Positions 22,173 through 33,175 of a stretch of 64,000 nt of DNA are shown here, one piece after another. The stretch comes from Angustibacter luteus (lineage in GTDB: Bacteria; Actinomycetota; Actinomycetes; Actinomycetales; Angustibacteraceae): NCBI RefSeq assembly GCF_039541115.1, contig NZ_BAABFP010000002.1, positions 124,001 through 188,000 of the forward strand, in the 5' to 3' direction. Each line of letters starts with the position of its first letter. Position 1 is the first letter of the stretch. The position numbers and the translations under genes were made by a program. The notes beneath the pieces were generated by a model that saw nothing but the letters and a program-made list of their open reading frames with translations, was not told the DNA's origin and did not search any database.

Positions 22173-22242
22173 GTCGGGCACGGTAGCGTTCGCTTCGACG
22201 CGGGGCAGTGGGCACCGCACGAACCCCCTGGAGGACGCGGTG

Positions 22243-22476
22243 GTGGTGCAGGCCTACATCCTCATCCAGACCGAGGTCGGCAAGGCCGCCACGGTCGCCG
22301 AGACGATCGCCGGCATCTCCGGCGTCACCCTCGCCGAGGACGTCACCGGCCCCTACGACGTCATCGCGCGGGTCGAGGCCCGCAACGTGGACGAGCTGGG
22401 CAAGCTCGTGATCGCCAAGATCCAGGACGTCGCCGGCATCACCCGCACGCTGACGTGCACCGTCGTCCACGTCTGA
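22243..22476 (+). CDS. Lrp/AsnC ligand-binding-domain protein
   Basis: MVQAYILIQTEVGK...VTGPYDVIAR...ITRTLTC. Confidence 0.9.
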   Translation: MVQAYILIQTEVGKAATVAETIAGISGVTLAEDVTGPYDVIARVEARNVDELGKLVIAKIQDVAGITRTLTCTVVHV

Positions 22477-22928
22477 TCCTCGCCCTCTCGCTGCTCGCCG
22501 CGGCGGCCCTGGTCGCCGTGGCGCTCACCTGGTGGTGGACCGGCCGGCCGCTGTCCGTCACAGCGCCGGCGAACGCGGCCGATCCGGCCTGCGCGGCGAT
22601 GGCCGCGCGGCTGCCGAGCCAGGTCCACGGGCAGGACCGGGTCGAGACGACGTCGGACTCCCCGGCCGTCGCGGCCTGGGGTGACCCCGCGGTCATCTGG
22701 CGCTGCGGCGTCGCACCGCCCGGACCGACCACCGACGAGTGCCTCGACGTGAACGGCGTCGACTGGGTGGCGCACCCGCTCGCCGACGGGACGTCGTTCA
22801 CCACCTACGGGCGCGACCCGGCCGTGCAGGTGCTCGTCCCGAAGCACTACGCGCCCGAGCCGCTGCTGCTGCCGCCGCTGTCGGGCGTCGCGGCGACCCT
22901 GCCGCAGGGCGGGCGCCGCTGCAGCTGA
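22455..22928 (+). CDS. DUF3515-like exported protein
   Basis: N-terminal TM segment, AAWGDPAVIWRCGV, VNGVDW; typical position between the Lrp gene and ddl. Confidence 0.8.
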   Translation: MHRRPRLILALSLLAAAALVAVALTWWWTGRPLSVTAPANAADPACAAMAARLPSQVHGQDRVETTSDSPAVAAWGDPAVIWRCGVAPPGPTTDECLDVNGVDWVAHPLADGTSFTTYGRDPAVQVLVPKHYAPEPLLLPPLSGVAATLPQGGRRCS

Positions 22929-22929
22929 C

Positions 22930-24084
22930 TCAGCGCAGGCCGGTGGGTCGGCGCAGGGCGAGCTGGATGAGCCGGTCCACCAGGGCCGGGTAGTCGACGC
23001 CGGACACGGCCCACAGCTGCGGGTACATCGAGTGCGGGGTGAACCCGGGCATCGTGTTGATCTCGTTGACCACGACGTCGCCGTCGCTGGTCCAGAACAC
23101 GTCGACGCGGGCCAGCCCCTCGCAGCCCATCACGTCGAACGCCTGCACCGAGAGCTCCTGCACGCGGTCGCGGACGTCGTCCGGCACGTCGGCGGGCGCG
23201 CTGAGCCGGACGTTGCCGGAGTCGATGTACTTGGCCTCGAAGTCGTAGAACGCGTGGCCGGACACCACCTCGATCTCGCCGAGCGCGCTGGCCCGCGGCG
23301 TTCCGTCGAGGTCCTGGAGCACCCCGCACTCCAGCTCCCGGCCGACGATGGCGGCCTCGACGACGACCTTGGGGTCGTGCTCACGGGCGGCTTCGATCGC
23401 GGGAACCAGCCCGGCGACGTCATCCACCTTGGACACGCCCATGCTCGACCCGGCCCGGGCCGGCTTGACGAACAGCGGGAACCCGAGGCGTTGCACCCGC
23501 TCCAGCACGGCGTCGCGGTCCCCGACCCACTGCCGTGGCGTGATGACCTCGTAGGGGCCGATCGGCAACCCGTGCCCGGCCAGCAGGACCTTCATGTAGT
23601 GCTTGTCCATGCCCGCGGCGGACGCCAGGACCCCCGAGCCCACGTAGGGCACGTCGCCCAGCTCGAGCAGACCTTGCAGCGTGCCGTCCTCGCCGAACGG
23701 CCCGTGCAGCAACGGGAACACGACGTCCACGTCGCCGAGCGTGGCCGGCACCTCGCCGGGCCGCAGCGCGACCAGCGCACGGTCGGTGGTGCTGGTCGGC
23801 ACCACGACGCCGGGCCCGCTGGTGTCGACCTCGGGCAGCTCGTGGCCGTGGGCCTCGAGCGCCGCCGGGTCGTCCGCGGCCAGCACCCAGCGCCCGTCCT
23901 GGGCGATGCCCACGGGGACGACGTCGTACCGGTCGCGGTCGAGTGCGCGCAGCACACCGGCCGCCGTCATGCAGCTGATCGCGTGCTCGCTGGACCGGCC
24001 GCCGAACACGACGGCCACCCTCGGCCGTCGCGGCGGGGTGGTGCTGGGCTGCTGGCTCGGCTGGGAGCTGGTGTCGTCGGTCAT
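22930..24084 (-). CDS. ddl: D-alanine--D-alanine ligase
   Basis: FGGRSSEH, LHGPFGEDG, KPARAGSS, YDFEAKY, NEINTMPGFT. Confidence 0.97.
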   Translation of the reverse strand: MTDDTSSQPSQQPSTTPPRRPRVAVVFGGRSSEHAISCMTAAGVLRALDRDRYDVVPVGIAQDGRWVLAADDPAALEAHGHELPEVDTSGPGVVVPTSTTDRALVALRPGEVPATLGDVDVVFPLLHGPFGEDGTLQGLLELGDVPYVGSGVLASAAGMDKHYMKVLLAGHGLPIGPYEVITPRQWVGDRDAVLERVQRLGFPLFVKPARAGSSMGVSKVDDVAGLVPAIEAAREHDPKVVVEAAIVGRELECGVLQDLDGTPRASALGEIEVVSGHAFYDFEAKYIDSGNVRLSAPADVPDDVRDRVQELSVQAFDVMGCEGLARVDVFWTSDGDVVVNEINTMPGFTPHSMYPQLWAVSGVDYPALVDRLIQLALRRPTGLR

Positions 24085-24128
24085 CGCCGACCGACCTTAC
24101 CCGGCGGCGGGCGGCTAGCCTTTCCCCC

Positions 24129-25268
24129 GTGACCGACCAGCCGACGCCGCAGTACTCGCCCGCGACCCTGGCGGTGTCCGCCGGCCGCCCCCCGGCGGGG
24201 CCGGGTTCGGCGATGAACGAGCCGGTCTGGCTCACCTCGACCTACGGCGCGGACGGCCCGTACGACTACGGGCGCACCGGAAACCCCACCTGGGACGCGT
24301 TCGAGACCGCGCTGGGCGCCCTCGAGGGCGGCGCCGCGCTCGTCTACTCGGCGGGGATGGCGGCCGTCGCGGCTGCGGTGTCGCTGGTGCCGGACGGTGG
24401 CACGGTCGTGGCGCCGACGAGCGCCTACACCGGGACGACGGCACTGCTGCGCGAGGCGGCCGAGCGGGGGCGGCTGGTGCTGCGCGAGGTGGACCTCACG
24501 GACACCGACGCGGTCGTCGCACTGCTGCCCGGCGCCGCGATGCTCATAGTCGAGACGCCGACGAACCCGCTCTTGGACGTCGCGGACCTGCCCGGGCTGC
24601 TCGCCGCGGCTCGCCAGTCCGGAGTCCTCGTGGTGGTCGACAACACGTTCGCGACCCCGCTCGGGCAGCGCCCGCTCGAGCACGGCGCGGACGTCGTCGT
24701 GCACTCGGTGACCAAGTACCTGTCCGGGCACTCCGACGTGATCCTCGGGGCGACGGTGACCCGGGACGACGAGGCCGGCCGCGCGCTGCACGAGCGGCTG
24801 CGCGCCCACCGCCGACTGTCCGGCAGCATCGCCGGGCCCTCGGAGGTCTGGCTCGCCCTGCGCGGCCTGCGGACGCTGGCCCTGCGGGTGGAGCGCGCCC
24901 AGGCCAATGCCACCGAGCTGGCGCGTCGTCTGCAGGAGCACCCGGTGGTGTCGCGGGTGCGGCACCCCTCACTCCCGCAGGACCCCGGCCACGATCGGGC
25001 CCGCAAGCAGATGCTGGGCTTCGGTTCGATCGTCGCCGTCGAGGTCGGCGGCGACGCCGACCGCGCCGAGCGGGTCGCCGCCGGCACCCGGTTGTGGGTG
25101 CACGCGACGAGCCTCGGCGGAGTCGAGTCCACGCTGGAACGTCGCCGCCGGCACCCCTTGGAGCCCGACGACGTCCCGGTCGACCTGCTGCGGCTGTCCG
25201 TCGGTGTCGAGGACGTCGAGGACCTGTGGGCCGACCTCGACCAGGCCCTGCGGGGGTCGGACGCATGA
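24129..25268 (+). CDS. PLP-dependent trans-sulfuration enzyme (cystathionine gamma-synthase/lyase family)
   Basis: YGRTGNPT, ETPTNP, DNTFATP, HSVTKYLSGHSDV, SLGGVES, RLSVGVE. Confidence 0.9.
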   Translation: MTDQPTPQYSPATLAVSAGRPPAGPGSAMNEPVWLTSTYGADGPYDYGRTGNPTWDAFETALGALEGGAALVYSAGMAAVAAAVSLVPDGGTVVAPTSAYTGTTALLREAAERGRLVLREVDLTDTDAVVALLPGAAMLIVETPTNPLLDVADLPGLLAAARQSGVLVVVDNTFATPLGQRPLEHGADVVVHSVTKYLSGHSDVILGATVTRDDEAGRALHERLRAHRRLSGSIAGPSEVWLALRGLRTLALRVERAQANATELARRLQEHPVVSRVRHPSLPQDPGHDRARKQMLGFGSIVAVEVGGDADRAERVAAGTRLWVHATSLGGVESTLERRRRHPLEPDDVPVDLLRLSVGVEDVEDLWADLDQALRGSDA

Positions 25269-26167
25269 CCCGCCCGCCCACCGGCGAGGTCCGGCAGCTG
25301 GACGTCGTCACGCCCGACGGCCGGGTCCTGCACGTGCACGACGACGGTGAGCCGGGCGACGAGCGGGTTCCGCTGCTGCTGCACCACGGCACGCCGCAGT
25401 CCGCGCTGCTGCTCGGCTCGCAGCTGGCCGCAGCCCGAGCCCGCGGCATCCGGCTCGTCGGCTACGACCGGCCCGGCTACGGCGGCTCCAGCCGTCAGGC
25501 CGGACGCCGGGTGGCGGATGCCGCGAGCGACGCGGCCACGGTCGCCGACGCGCTGGGGCTGGACCGGTTCCTGACCTCCGGCGCCTCCGGCGGCGGCCCG
25601 CACGCGTTGGCCTGCGCCGCTCGGCTCGGCGACCGGGTGGCCGCGGTAGCCACTGTCGCCGGGGTCGCCCCGCACGACGCGGCCGGCCTGGACTGGCTGG
25701 GCGGCATGGGCGACGACAACGTGGTGGAGTTCTCGGCTGCCGCAGCCGGGCCGGACGAGCTGGTGCCGGTGCTCGAGCTGGGGCGCGCCATGATGCTCGC
25801 CGCCACGCCGGAGACGCTCGCCGAGGGCATGGCCAGCCTGCTGCCGCCGGCGGACCTCGTGGCCCTGCGCGGCGGGATCGGCACCTGGCTGCACGACAGC
25901 GCCGTCGCCGCACTCGCCCAGGGCCACGACGGCTGGCTGGACGACGACCTCGCGTTCGTGCAGGACTGGGGCTTCGACCTCGCCGACGTGCAGGCGCCGC
26001 TGCTGGTCGTGGCCGGAGGGCAGGACCTGATGGTCCCCGTCGCGCACGGCGAGTGGCTGGCCGAGACCGTTCCCGGGGCGAGCCGCTCGATCGACCCGGA
26101 CGCCGGTCACCTGTCCCTGCTGGCCGGGGTCGACGCCGTGCACGGCTGGTTGCTCGACCGCTGGTGA
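25265..26167 (+). CDS. Alpha/beta-fold hydrolase
   Basis: HHGTP, DRPGYGGS, GASGGG nucleophile motif, GHLS; ATGA overlap with the upstream gene. Confidence 0.88.
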   Translation: MTRPPTGEVRQLDVVTPDGRVLHVHDDGEPGDERVPLLLHHGTPQSALLLGSQLAAARARGIRLVGYDRPGYGGSSRQAGRRVADAASDAATVADALGLDRFLTSGASGGGPHALACAARLGDRVAAVATVAGVAPHDAAGLDWLGGMGDDNVVEFSAAAAGPDELVPVLELGRAMMLAATPETLAEGMASLLPPADLVALRGGIGTWLHDSAVAALAQGHDGWLDDDLAFVQDWGFDLADVQAPLLVVAGGQDLMVPVAHGEWLAETVPGASRSIDPDAGHLSLLAGVDAVHGWLLDRW

Positions 26168-26174
26168 GCCGGCC

Positions 26175-27176
26175 TCAGTCGGCCTCGGCCTTGCGCGCCC
26201 GGGACAGCAGCCGACGTCCCATCTCGTCGGGCGCCAAGCCGTGGTGGACCACAGCCACGACGCCCTCCGTGATCGGCATGTCCACGTCGTTGGCCCGCGC
26301 CAGGTCCAGGATCGACTGGCAGGACTTCACGCCCTCGGCGGTCTGCCGGGTCGCCGCGATCACCTCCTGCACGCTGCGTCCCTGACCGAGCTGCACCCCG
26401 AAGGTCCGGTTGCGGGACAGCGGCGACATGCAGGTGGCGATGAGGTCGCCGACCCCGGCCAGCCCGGCGAAGGTGGCGGGATCCGCGCCCAACGCCTCCC
26501 CCAGCCGAGCGGTCTCGGCGAGCCCGCGGGTCACGATGGTGGCCTTCGTGTTGTCTCCCAGCCCCATCCCCTCGGCCATCCCGACGGCCAGCCCGATGAC
26601 GTTCTTCACGGCGCCGCCCAGCTCGGTGCCGACGACGTCCGTGGCGGTGTAGGGCCGGAACGCCGGGGTGGCGCAGGCGTGCGCCACCAGGTCCGCGACG
26701 TCGTGGTCGGTGCAGGCCACCACGCTGGCCGCGGGCTGCCGCTGGGCGATCTCGGGCGCCAGGTTGGGCCCTGACACGACAACCACCCGCCGGGGCTCGA
26801 CGCCACCGGCCTCGGCGATGACCTCGCTCATCCGCCGGGTGGTCCCGAGCTCGACGCCCTTCATCAGGGAGACCACGGCGGCCTGCGCCGGGATGAGGTC
26901 GGCCCACCGCTGCAGGTGCTCACGGATCGTCTGCGACGGCAGGGCCAGCACGACGACGTCCGCGTCCCGCATCGCCTCGGCGGCGTCCGTGGTCGCCCAG
27001 ATGGACTCGGGCAGCAGCACGTCCGGCAGGTAGTCGCCGTTGCGGTGCTCGGTGGTGATCTGCTCGGTCAGCTCGGCTCGGCGACCCCACATGGTCACCT
27101 CGCTGCCGGCGTCGGCGAGCACCAGCGCGAAGGCGGTCCCCCAGCTGCCGGTCCCCAGGACGGCGCATCGCGTCAT
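26175..27176 (-). CDS. gpsA: NAD(P)H-dependent glycerol-3-phosphate dehydrogenase
   Basis: GTGSWGTA, SGPNLA, GGAVKNV, GVGDLIATC, SRNR. Confidence 0.96.
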   Translation of the reverse strand: MTRCAVLGTGSWGTAFALVLADAGSEVTMWGRRAELTEQITTEHRNGDYLPDVLLPESIWATTDAAEAMRDADVVVLALPSQTIREHLQRWADLIPAQAAVVSLMKGVELGTTRRMSEVIAEAGGVEPRRVVVVSGPNLAPEIAQRQPAASVVACTDHDVADLVAHACATPAFRPYTATDVVGTELGGAVKNVIGLAVGMAEGMGLGDNTKATIVTRGLAETARLGEALGADPATFAGLAGVGDLIATCMSPLSRNRTFGVQLGQGRSVQEVIAATRQTAEGVKSCQSILDLARANDVDMPITEGVVAVVHHGLAPDEMGRRLLSRARKAEAD

Positions 27177-28081
27177 GTCGTTCCCCCGTCCGGTCCCTGC
27201 GGCCCACCGCCGCGTCCTGGTGCCCTGTCCTTGGCCGCCCTGTCCTTGGCTGCCCTGGCCGCGCGGCGCGCCGCCTGCTCCGCGGCTCGCCCGGCCTGCT
27301 CCGCGGCCCGCCCGGCCTGCCGGGCTCGTTTCGCGGCGATCTCCTTGGCCTTCGCCGGGTTACCGGTGCGCGACTGGCCGTGCTCGCGCGGGTCGTACCG
27401 GACGGCCGGGGCGCTCTCCCCCCGCAGCTGCTCGAGCAGGGCGGTGATGTCGTGCATGACACGCTCGGTGGCCTCGGCCAGGACGTCGGCGTCCAGCGGG
27501 CGTTCGCGCAGGTCATCGAGGTCCACCGGAGGCCCGGCGAGCACGTGCACCGTCTTGCGGGGCAGCAGGTGGACGCGCTTCGCGTACGGCATCAGCATCT
27601 CCTGCACGCCCCACTGCGCCACCGGCACGAGCGGGCAGCCGGTGGTCAGCGCCAGCCGGGCCGCCCCCGTCTTGCCCAGCATCGGCCACAGGTCGGGCTC
27701 ACGGGTGAGGGTCGCCTCGGGGAAGAGGGCCAGGCACTTGCCGGCCCGGACGGCCTCGACTGCGGAGGTGAACGCCGCGGCGGCGTCGCCGGACTCGCGG
27801 TGCACCGGGATCTGGTCGGCCGAGCGCAGCACCCAGCCGACGAACGGCACCTGGAAGACCTCCTCCTTGCCGAGGAAGTAGGGCGGGTGCCCGGAGTCGT
27901 AGAGGAAGTGCGCGAACGTGACCGGGTCCAGGTAGGACATGTGGTTGGAGCAGACGACGAACCCGCCGGTCGCCGGCAGGTGCTCGGCCCCCCGCCAGTC
28001 GCGCCGGGTGATGGCGGTGAACACCGGGCGCAGCACGCCGGCCGCGAAACGGTAGGCACCGCTCAGCTCCCGATGGGACAC
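27173..28081 (-). CDS. Lysophospholipid (1-acyl-G3P) acyltransferase
   Basis: NHMSYLD, FPEATLTR, KTGAARLA; repetitive C-terminal tail. Confidence 0.9.
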   Translation of the reverse strand: MSHRELSGAYRFAAGVLRPVFTAITRRDWRGAEHLPATGGFVVCSNHMSYLDPVTFAHFLYDSGHPPYFLGKEEVFQVPFVGWVLRSADQIPVHRESGDAAAAFTSAVEAVRAGKCLALFPEATLTREPDLWPMLGKTGAARLALTTGCPLVPVAQWGVQEMLMPYAKRVHLLPRKTVHVLAGPPVDLDDLRERPLDADVLAEATERVMHDITALLEQLRGESAPAVRYDPREHGQSRTGNPAKAKEIAAKRARQAGRAAEQAGRAAEQAARRAARAAKDRAAKDRAPGRGGGPQGPDGGTT

Positions 28082-28201
28082 CCACGCTCCTTCGTCGAAC
28101 CGGCCCCCTGCCGGCGCACGGGCCATCCAGTGTGCCGAGCCCGCATCCTCGCGGGCCCAGGGGGTGTTGTCGAGCGCACGCGCGGCGACTGCGACCATCG
28201 G

Positions 28202-28936
28202 GTGGTGCCCGGCCCCACCACCCCCACCTGGTCGTGGACCGTGGTGCTGCCCGTCCAGCGGGCCGAACACGGCAAGAGCCGGCTGCGCGCTCCCCAGCAC
28301 GTCGAACGCGCCGCCCTCGCGCGGGCCATCGCGATCGACTCGGTCGAGGCGGTCCTGGCCAGCGCCGCTGTCGGTGCCGTCGTCCTCGTGACCTCCGATC
28401 CGGTGGTCGCCGCCGCCGGTCGCGACCTCGCCGCCGACGGCACCCTCGGCGCAGGAAGGGGCACGGTGGAGGTACTCGCCGACCCCGGGCAGGGGCTGGG
28501 CGCCGCGGTCGAGGCCGGCGTCCAGCTGGCGCGTAGGGACCGGCCCGACGGAGCAGTCGCCGCGCTCCTCGCCGACGTCCCGGCCCTACGGGGTGCGGAC
28601 CTCACCGCCGCGCTCCTGACCGCGCAGGGGCACCCGAGCGCCGTGGTGCCGGACCAGGACGGATCGGGCACGGTGCTGCTGACCGCAGCGCCCGGCGTCC
28701 CGCTGCGGCACGCCTTCGGCGCCGGCTCGGCGGCTCGGCACCAGGACCTCGGTGCCGTCGTCCTCGCGCTCGACCTGCCCCGGCTGCGTCGGGACGTCGA
28801 CACCGAGGCCGACCTGCAGGCGGCCGTGCAGCTCGGCGTCGGCGCGCGCACGAGCGCGCTGCTGGGTGACACTGCGCTGCCGGGTGAGACTGCGCTGCCG
28901 GGTGACACTGCGCTGCCGGGTGACAGCGGGCACTAG
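28202..28936 (+). CDS. cofC: 2-phospho-L-lactate/PEP guanylyltransferase (F420 biosynthesis)
   Basis: GKSRL, ADVPAL, DGSGT, FGAGSAARH, RDVDTEADL. Confidence 0.88.
   Translation: MVPGPTTPTWSWTVVLPVQRAEHGKSRLRAPQHVERAALARAIAIDSVEAVLASAAVGAVVLVTSDPVVAAAGRDLAADGTLGAGRGTVEVLADPGQGLGAAVEAGVQLARRDRPDGAVAALLADVPALRGADLTAALLTAQGHPSAVVPDQDGSGTVLLTAAPGVPLRHAFGAGSAARHQDLGAVVLALDLPRLRRDVDTEADLQAAVQLGVGARTSALLGDTALPGETALPGDTALPGDSGH
28865..28925. repeat. 18-bp tandem repeat x3.4 in the cofC 3' end
   Basis: GGTGA(C/G)ACTGCGCTGCCG at 28865, 28883 and 28901. Confidence 0.9.
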
Positions 28937-28946
28937 CCTGTCCGCC

Positions 28947-29150
28947 ATGCAGGGATCGGTGCACGAGTTCGACGACGCCACCGGCGCCGGTTCGGTGCTG
29001 CTCGACGACGGACGCCGCGTGCCGTTCCCAGCGGAGGCCTTCTGGGGCAGTGGGCTGCGCCTCCTGCGACCCGGCCAGCGACTCACCGTCGACGTGTCCA
29101 CGCAGGATGGCGCGCTCCGGGTCACCGCGCTGCGGATCGTCGGCGTCTAG
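28947..29150 (+). CDS. Small cold-shock-like OB-fold protein
   Basis: MQGSVHEFDDATGAGSVLLDDG...GLRLLRPGQRL; TAGCCT 7 nt upstream. Confidence 0.75.
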   Translation: MQGSVHEFDDATGAGSVLLDDGRRVPFPAEAFWGSGLRLLRPGQRLTVDVSTQDGALRVTALRIVGV

Positions 29151-29275
29151 CGAGCGGCTGGCCCCTCCTACCCGCTGGGGGTGACGACGGCCCGCGCGCG
29201 CGGCGGCAGGCTCGGGAGTCACCGGGGCCACCAGCGGACGAGTCGCGCCTCGGTACCCAATCGAAAGGGTCAGCC

Positions 29276-29731
29276 ATGGCGGACGAATCGTTGGACGAGC
29301 TGGGCCCGGTGGACTTCGTGATCGTGGAGTTCCCGGCCGGCGCCTCCAACTTCACGGGTGAGATGGCCACGGAGCTGCTCGCCCTGGTCGACGCGGGCAC
29401 GATCCGCGTCATCGACCTGATCATCCTGGCGAAGAACGACGACGGCTCGATCGACGCCGTGGAGGCGGAGGACGTCGACCTGGGTGAGCTGCGCAAGCTC
29501 GAGGCGGAGCTGGCCGAGCTGCTGGCCGAGGACGACATCGTCAACCTGGCCGCGGCCATGGACCCGGGCTCCACGGCCGGCGTCATCGTCTACGAGAACC
29601 TGTGGGCCGCACCGTTCGCGTCGGCCGCCCGCCGCGCCGGTGGCCAGCTGATCGCCAACGGCCGCATCCCCATGCAGGCCATCATCGCCGCCATCGAGGC
29701 GGACGACGCACTCGAGACGACGGGAGCCTGA
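29276..29731 (+). CDS. DUF6325/DUF1269-like acidic protein
   Basis: LGPVDFVIVEFP, GTIRVIDL, VYENLWAAPFASAARRAGGQL...GRIP. Confidence 0.8.
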   Translation: MADESLDELGPVDFVIVEFPAGASNFTGEMATELLALVDAGTIRVIDLIILAKNDDGSIDAVEAEDVDLGELRKLEAELAELLAEDDIVNLAAAMDPGSTAGVIVYENLWAAPFASAARRAGGQLIANGRIPMQAIIAAIEADDALETTGA

Positions 29732-29732
29732 C

Positions 29733-29897
29733 ATGCCGCTTCGGCCAGCACGCGTAGGACGGGTCGGCGTGGTCCACGCGCCGGTCGCCAAGGCCGCGGT
29801 CGTCGCCAAGGCCGTGACGCCCGGCCCGGCGCCGATCGCCAAGGCGGCCGTCGTCGGCGCCGCCATCACCCCCGGACGTCGCCGCCGCCGCATCTGA
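29733..29897 (+). CDS. Unannotated 54-aa basic peptide
   Basis: MPLRPARVGRVGVVHAPVAKAAVVAKAVTPGPAPIAKAAVVGAAITPGRRRRRI. GGAG RBS; starts 1 nt after the upstream stop; third codon positions are GC-rich. Confidence 0.7.
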   Translation: MPLRPARVGRVGVVHAPVAKAAVVAKAVTPGPAPIAKAAVVGAAITPGRRRRRI

Positions 29898-29913
29898 GCG
29901 CGAACGCCTGACG

Positions 29914-29957
29914 CAGCTCGGCCCGGCCTGCTCCGTGGAGCGGGCCGGGCCGAGCTG
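29914..29957. terminator. Bidirectional terminator hairpin between convergent genes
   Basis: CAGCTCGGCCCGGCCTGCTCC-GT-GGAGCGGGCCGGGCCGAGCTG. Confidence 0.75.
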
Positions 29958-29972
29958 ACGAGCCGACGAGCG

Positions 29973-30734
<762 letters not shown>

Positions 30735-31021
30735 TGCGGTTCCCCTCTTGGAGATGGTGTGCCGGGCCCCTCAGCCCAGCTGGTGCACTTAGCGCCGAGC
30801 CGACGCCCGGTTCGTTGACGACGGTAGGACCATGTGGGGCGCGCGTCCAACACCTGACCCGCTGCCAACGCTTGTGTCGCAAGCACTCCGGGCCGATCTG
30901 CCCCTCTTCAGGGCTGCGCCGGAGGGCTGGTGACGAGCCACGGCACTGGTCGACCTCTGGTCCCCGCCTCGACCTCACCGATGGGCCGAAGTCGTTGCAG
31001 CACAATACTTTCCCACGACAT

Positions 31022-31059
31022 GGTTCGAGCCCGTCCGCACCTGCGGACGGGCTCGAACC
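31022..31059 (-). terminator. Perfect hairpin downstream of leuD
   Basis: GGTTCGAGCCCGTCCGCA-CC-TGCGGACGGGCTCGAACC. Confidence 0.75.
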
Positions 31060-31078
31060 GGGGTCGGGGGGTGGTGGA

Positions 31079-31672
31079 TCAGCCGCTGACCGTGGTCGGC
31101 AGGTAGGCCGGCCGGGACTTCTCGAAATTCTTGATGGCGTCCTCGTGTCCGAGCGTCAACGAGATGTCGTCGAGGCCCTCCAGCAGCCGCCAGCGCGTGT
31201 AGTCGTCCACCTGGAACGGGCACTGGATGTCGCCCGCGCGAACCGTCTTCGACACCAGGTCGACGGTGACCTCGGTGCCCGGTTCGTTCTCCAGCAGCTT
31301 CCAGAGCAGCTCGACGTCGCCCTGCCCGACCTGGGCGGTCAACAACCCCTGCTTGCCCGAGTTGCCGCGGAAGATGTCGGCGAAGCGCGAGCTGATGACG
31401 ACCCGGAAGCCGTAGTTCATGAGCGCCCAGACGGCATGCTCGCGGGACGACCCGGTGCCGAAGTCCGGTCCGGCGACCAGCACGCTGCCGGACCGGAAGG
31501 CGGGCACGTTGAGGATGAACGTCTCGTCGTTCCGCCAGGCCGCGAACAGGCCGTCCTCGAAGCCGGTGCGGGTGACCCGCTTGAGGTAGACGGCCGGGAT
31601 GATCTGGTCGGTGTCGACGTTGCTGCGGCGCAACGGGACGCCGACTCCGGTGTGGGTCGTGAAGGCTTCCAT
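31079..31672 (-). CDS. leuD: 3-isopropylmalate dehydratase small subunit
   Basis: [28 protein letters not shown]. Confidence 0.97.
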   Translation of the reverse strand: MEAFTTHTGVGVPLRRSNVDTDQIIPAVYLKRVTRTGFEDGLFAAWRNDETFILNVPAFRSGSVLVAGPDFGTGSSREHAVWALMNYGFRVVISSRFADIFRGNSGKQGLLTAQVGQGDVELLWKLLENEPGTEVTVDLVSKTVRAGDIQCPFQVDDYTRWRLLEGLDDISLTLGHEDAIKNFEKSRPAYLPTTVSG

Positions 31673-31686
31673 GTCGTGGGGTCCGT

Positions 31687-33081
31687 TCAGTCCAGGTCGG
31701 CGGGGGACGAGAGGGTGCCGCGCACCGCGGTCGCGGCGGCGACGACGGGCGAGACGAGGTGGGTTCGACCGCCCTTGCCCTGCCGTCCCTCGAAGTTGCG
31801 GTTGGAGGTGGAGGCGCTGCGTTCGCCGGGGGCCAGCTGGTCCGGGTTCATGCCCAGGCACATCGAGCAGCCGGCGAGCCGCCAGTCGGCACCCGCCGCC
31901 TCGAAGACCTGGTCGAGACCCTCGCTCTCCGCCTGCAGGCGCACCCGCGCCGACCCCGGCACGACGAGCATGCGCACGCCGTCCTTCACGTGGCGCCCCT
32001 TGATGACCTCGGCCGCGGCGCGCAGGTCCTCGATACGGCCGTTCGTGCACGAGCCGACGAACACCGTGTCAACGGAGATGTCGCGCAACGGGGTGCCGGG
32101 CTCCAGCCCCATGTACGCCAGAGCGCGCTCGGCGCCGGTGCGCTCCTGCTCGTCCACGATGAGCGCCGGCTCGGGCACGCTCGCGCTCAGCGGTAGACCC
32201 TGCCCGGGGTTGGTGCCCCACGTCACGAACGGGGCGAGCTCGCGCGCGTCGATGACCACCTCGTGGTCGAAGGTCGCGTCGTCGTCCGTCGCCAGCTGCG
32301 ACCAGGCGGTCACCGCGTCGTCCCAGTCCTGACCGGACGGCGCGTGCGGGCGTCCCTGCAGGTACTCGAACGTGGTCTCGTCCGGCGCGATCATCCCGGC
32401 GCGGGCGCCGGCCTCGATGGACATGTTGCAGATCGTCATCCGCGCTTCCATCGACAGCGCGCGGATGGCCTCGCCGCGGTACTCCAGGACGTAGCCCTGG
32501 CCACCGCCGGTACCGATCCGCGCGATGACCGCCAGGATCAGGTCCTTGGCGGTGACGTCGTCCGGCAGCGTCCCCTCGACCGTGATGGCCATCGTCTGGA
32601 ACGGCTTCAGCGGCAGCGTCTGGGTGGCCAGCACGTGCTCGACCTCGCTGGTCCCGATGCCGAACGCGAGGGCGCCGAACGCGCCGTGGGTGGAGGTGTG
32701 CGAGTCGCCGCAGACGATGGTGACGCCGGGCTGGGTCAGGCCGAGCTGCGGGCCGATCACGTGCACGATGCCCTGGTCCACGTCACCCATGGGGTGCAGC
32801 CGCACGCCGAACTCGGCGCAGTTGCGGCGCAACGTCTCGACCTGGGTGCGGGACACCGGGTCGGTGATCGGTCCGGGCTCGGTCGGGACGTTGTGGTCCT
32901 CGGTGGCGATCGTCAGGTCGGGCCGGCGAACGGTGCGCCCCGTGAGCCGCAACCCGTCGAACGCCTGCGGGCTGGTCACCTCGTGCAGCAGGTGCAGGTC
33001 GATGTAGAGCAGGTCGGGCTCGCCTTCGGCGCGGCGCACGACGTGCGCGTCCCAGACCTTCTCGGCCAGCGTGCGGCCCAT
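31687..33081 (-). CDS. leuC: 3-isopropylmalate dehydratase large subunit
   Basis: [48 protein letters not shown]. Confidence 0.98.
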   Translation of the reverse strand: MGRTLAEKVWDAHVVRRAEGEPDLLYIDLHLLHEVTSPQAFDGLRLTGRTVRRPDLTIATEDHNVPTEPGPITDPVSRTQVETLRRNCAEFGVRLHPMGDVDQGIVHVIGPQLGLTQPGVTIVCGDSHTSTHGAFGALAFGIGTSEVEHVLATQTLPLKPFQTMAITVEGTLPDDVTAKDLILAVIARIGTGGGQGYVLEYRGEAIRALSMEARMTICNMSIEAGARAGMIAPDETTFEYLQGRPHAPSGQDWDDAVTAWSQLATDDDATFDHEVVIDARELAPFVTWGTNPGQGLPLSASVPEPALIVDEQERTGAERALAYMGLEPGTPLRDISVDTVFVGSCTNGRIEDLRAAAEVIKGRHVKDGVRMLVVPGSARVRLQAESEGLDQVFEAAGADWRLAGCSMCLGMNPDQLAPGERSASTSNRNFEGRQGKGGRTHLVSPVVAAATAVRGTLSSPADLD

Positions 33082-33145
33082 GTCGACCTTCCTTCCGTTC
33101 AGCGCCTCGGCGGGTGTCTCCGGCTTCGGCGAGCCGGTACTTGCA

Positions 33146-33160
33146 TCTCAGGACTTGAGA
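33146..33160. promoter_or_regulatory. Perfect palindromic operator between leuC and the IclR gene
   Basis: TCTCA-GGACT-TGAGA, lying within TTGCAT-n17-CAATAT upstream of the IclR ATG. Confidence 0.75.
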
Positions 33161-33175
33161 CGGCAATATCGAGGC

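Noticed and set aside
31022..31059. tRNA fragment suggested by GGTTCGAGCCC
   Set aside because: It is one arm of a perfect hairpin after leuD, best explained as a terminator.
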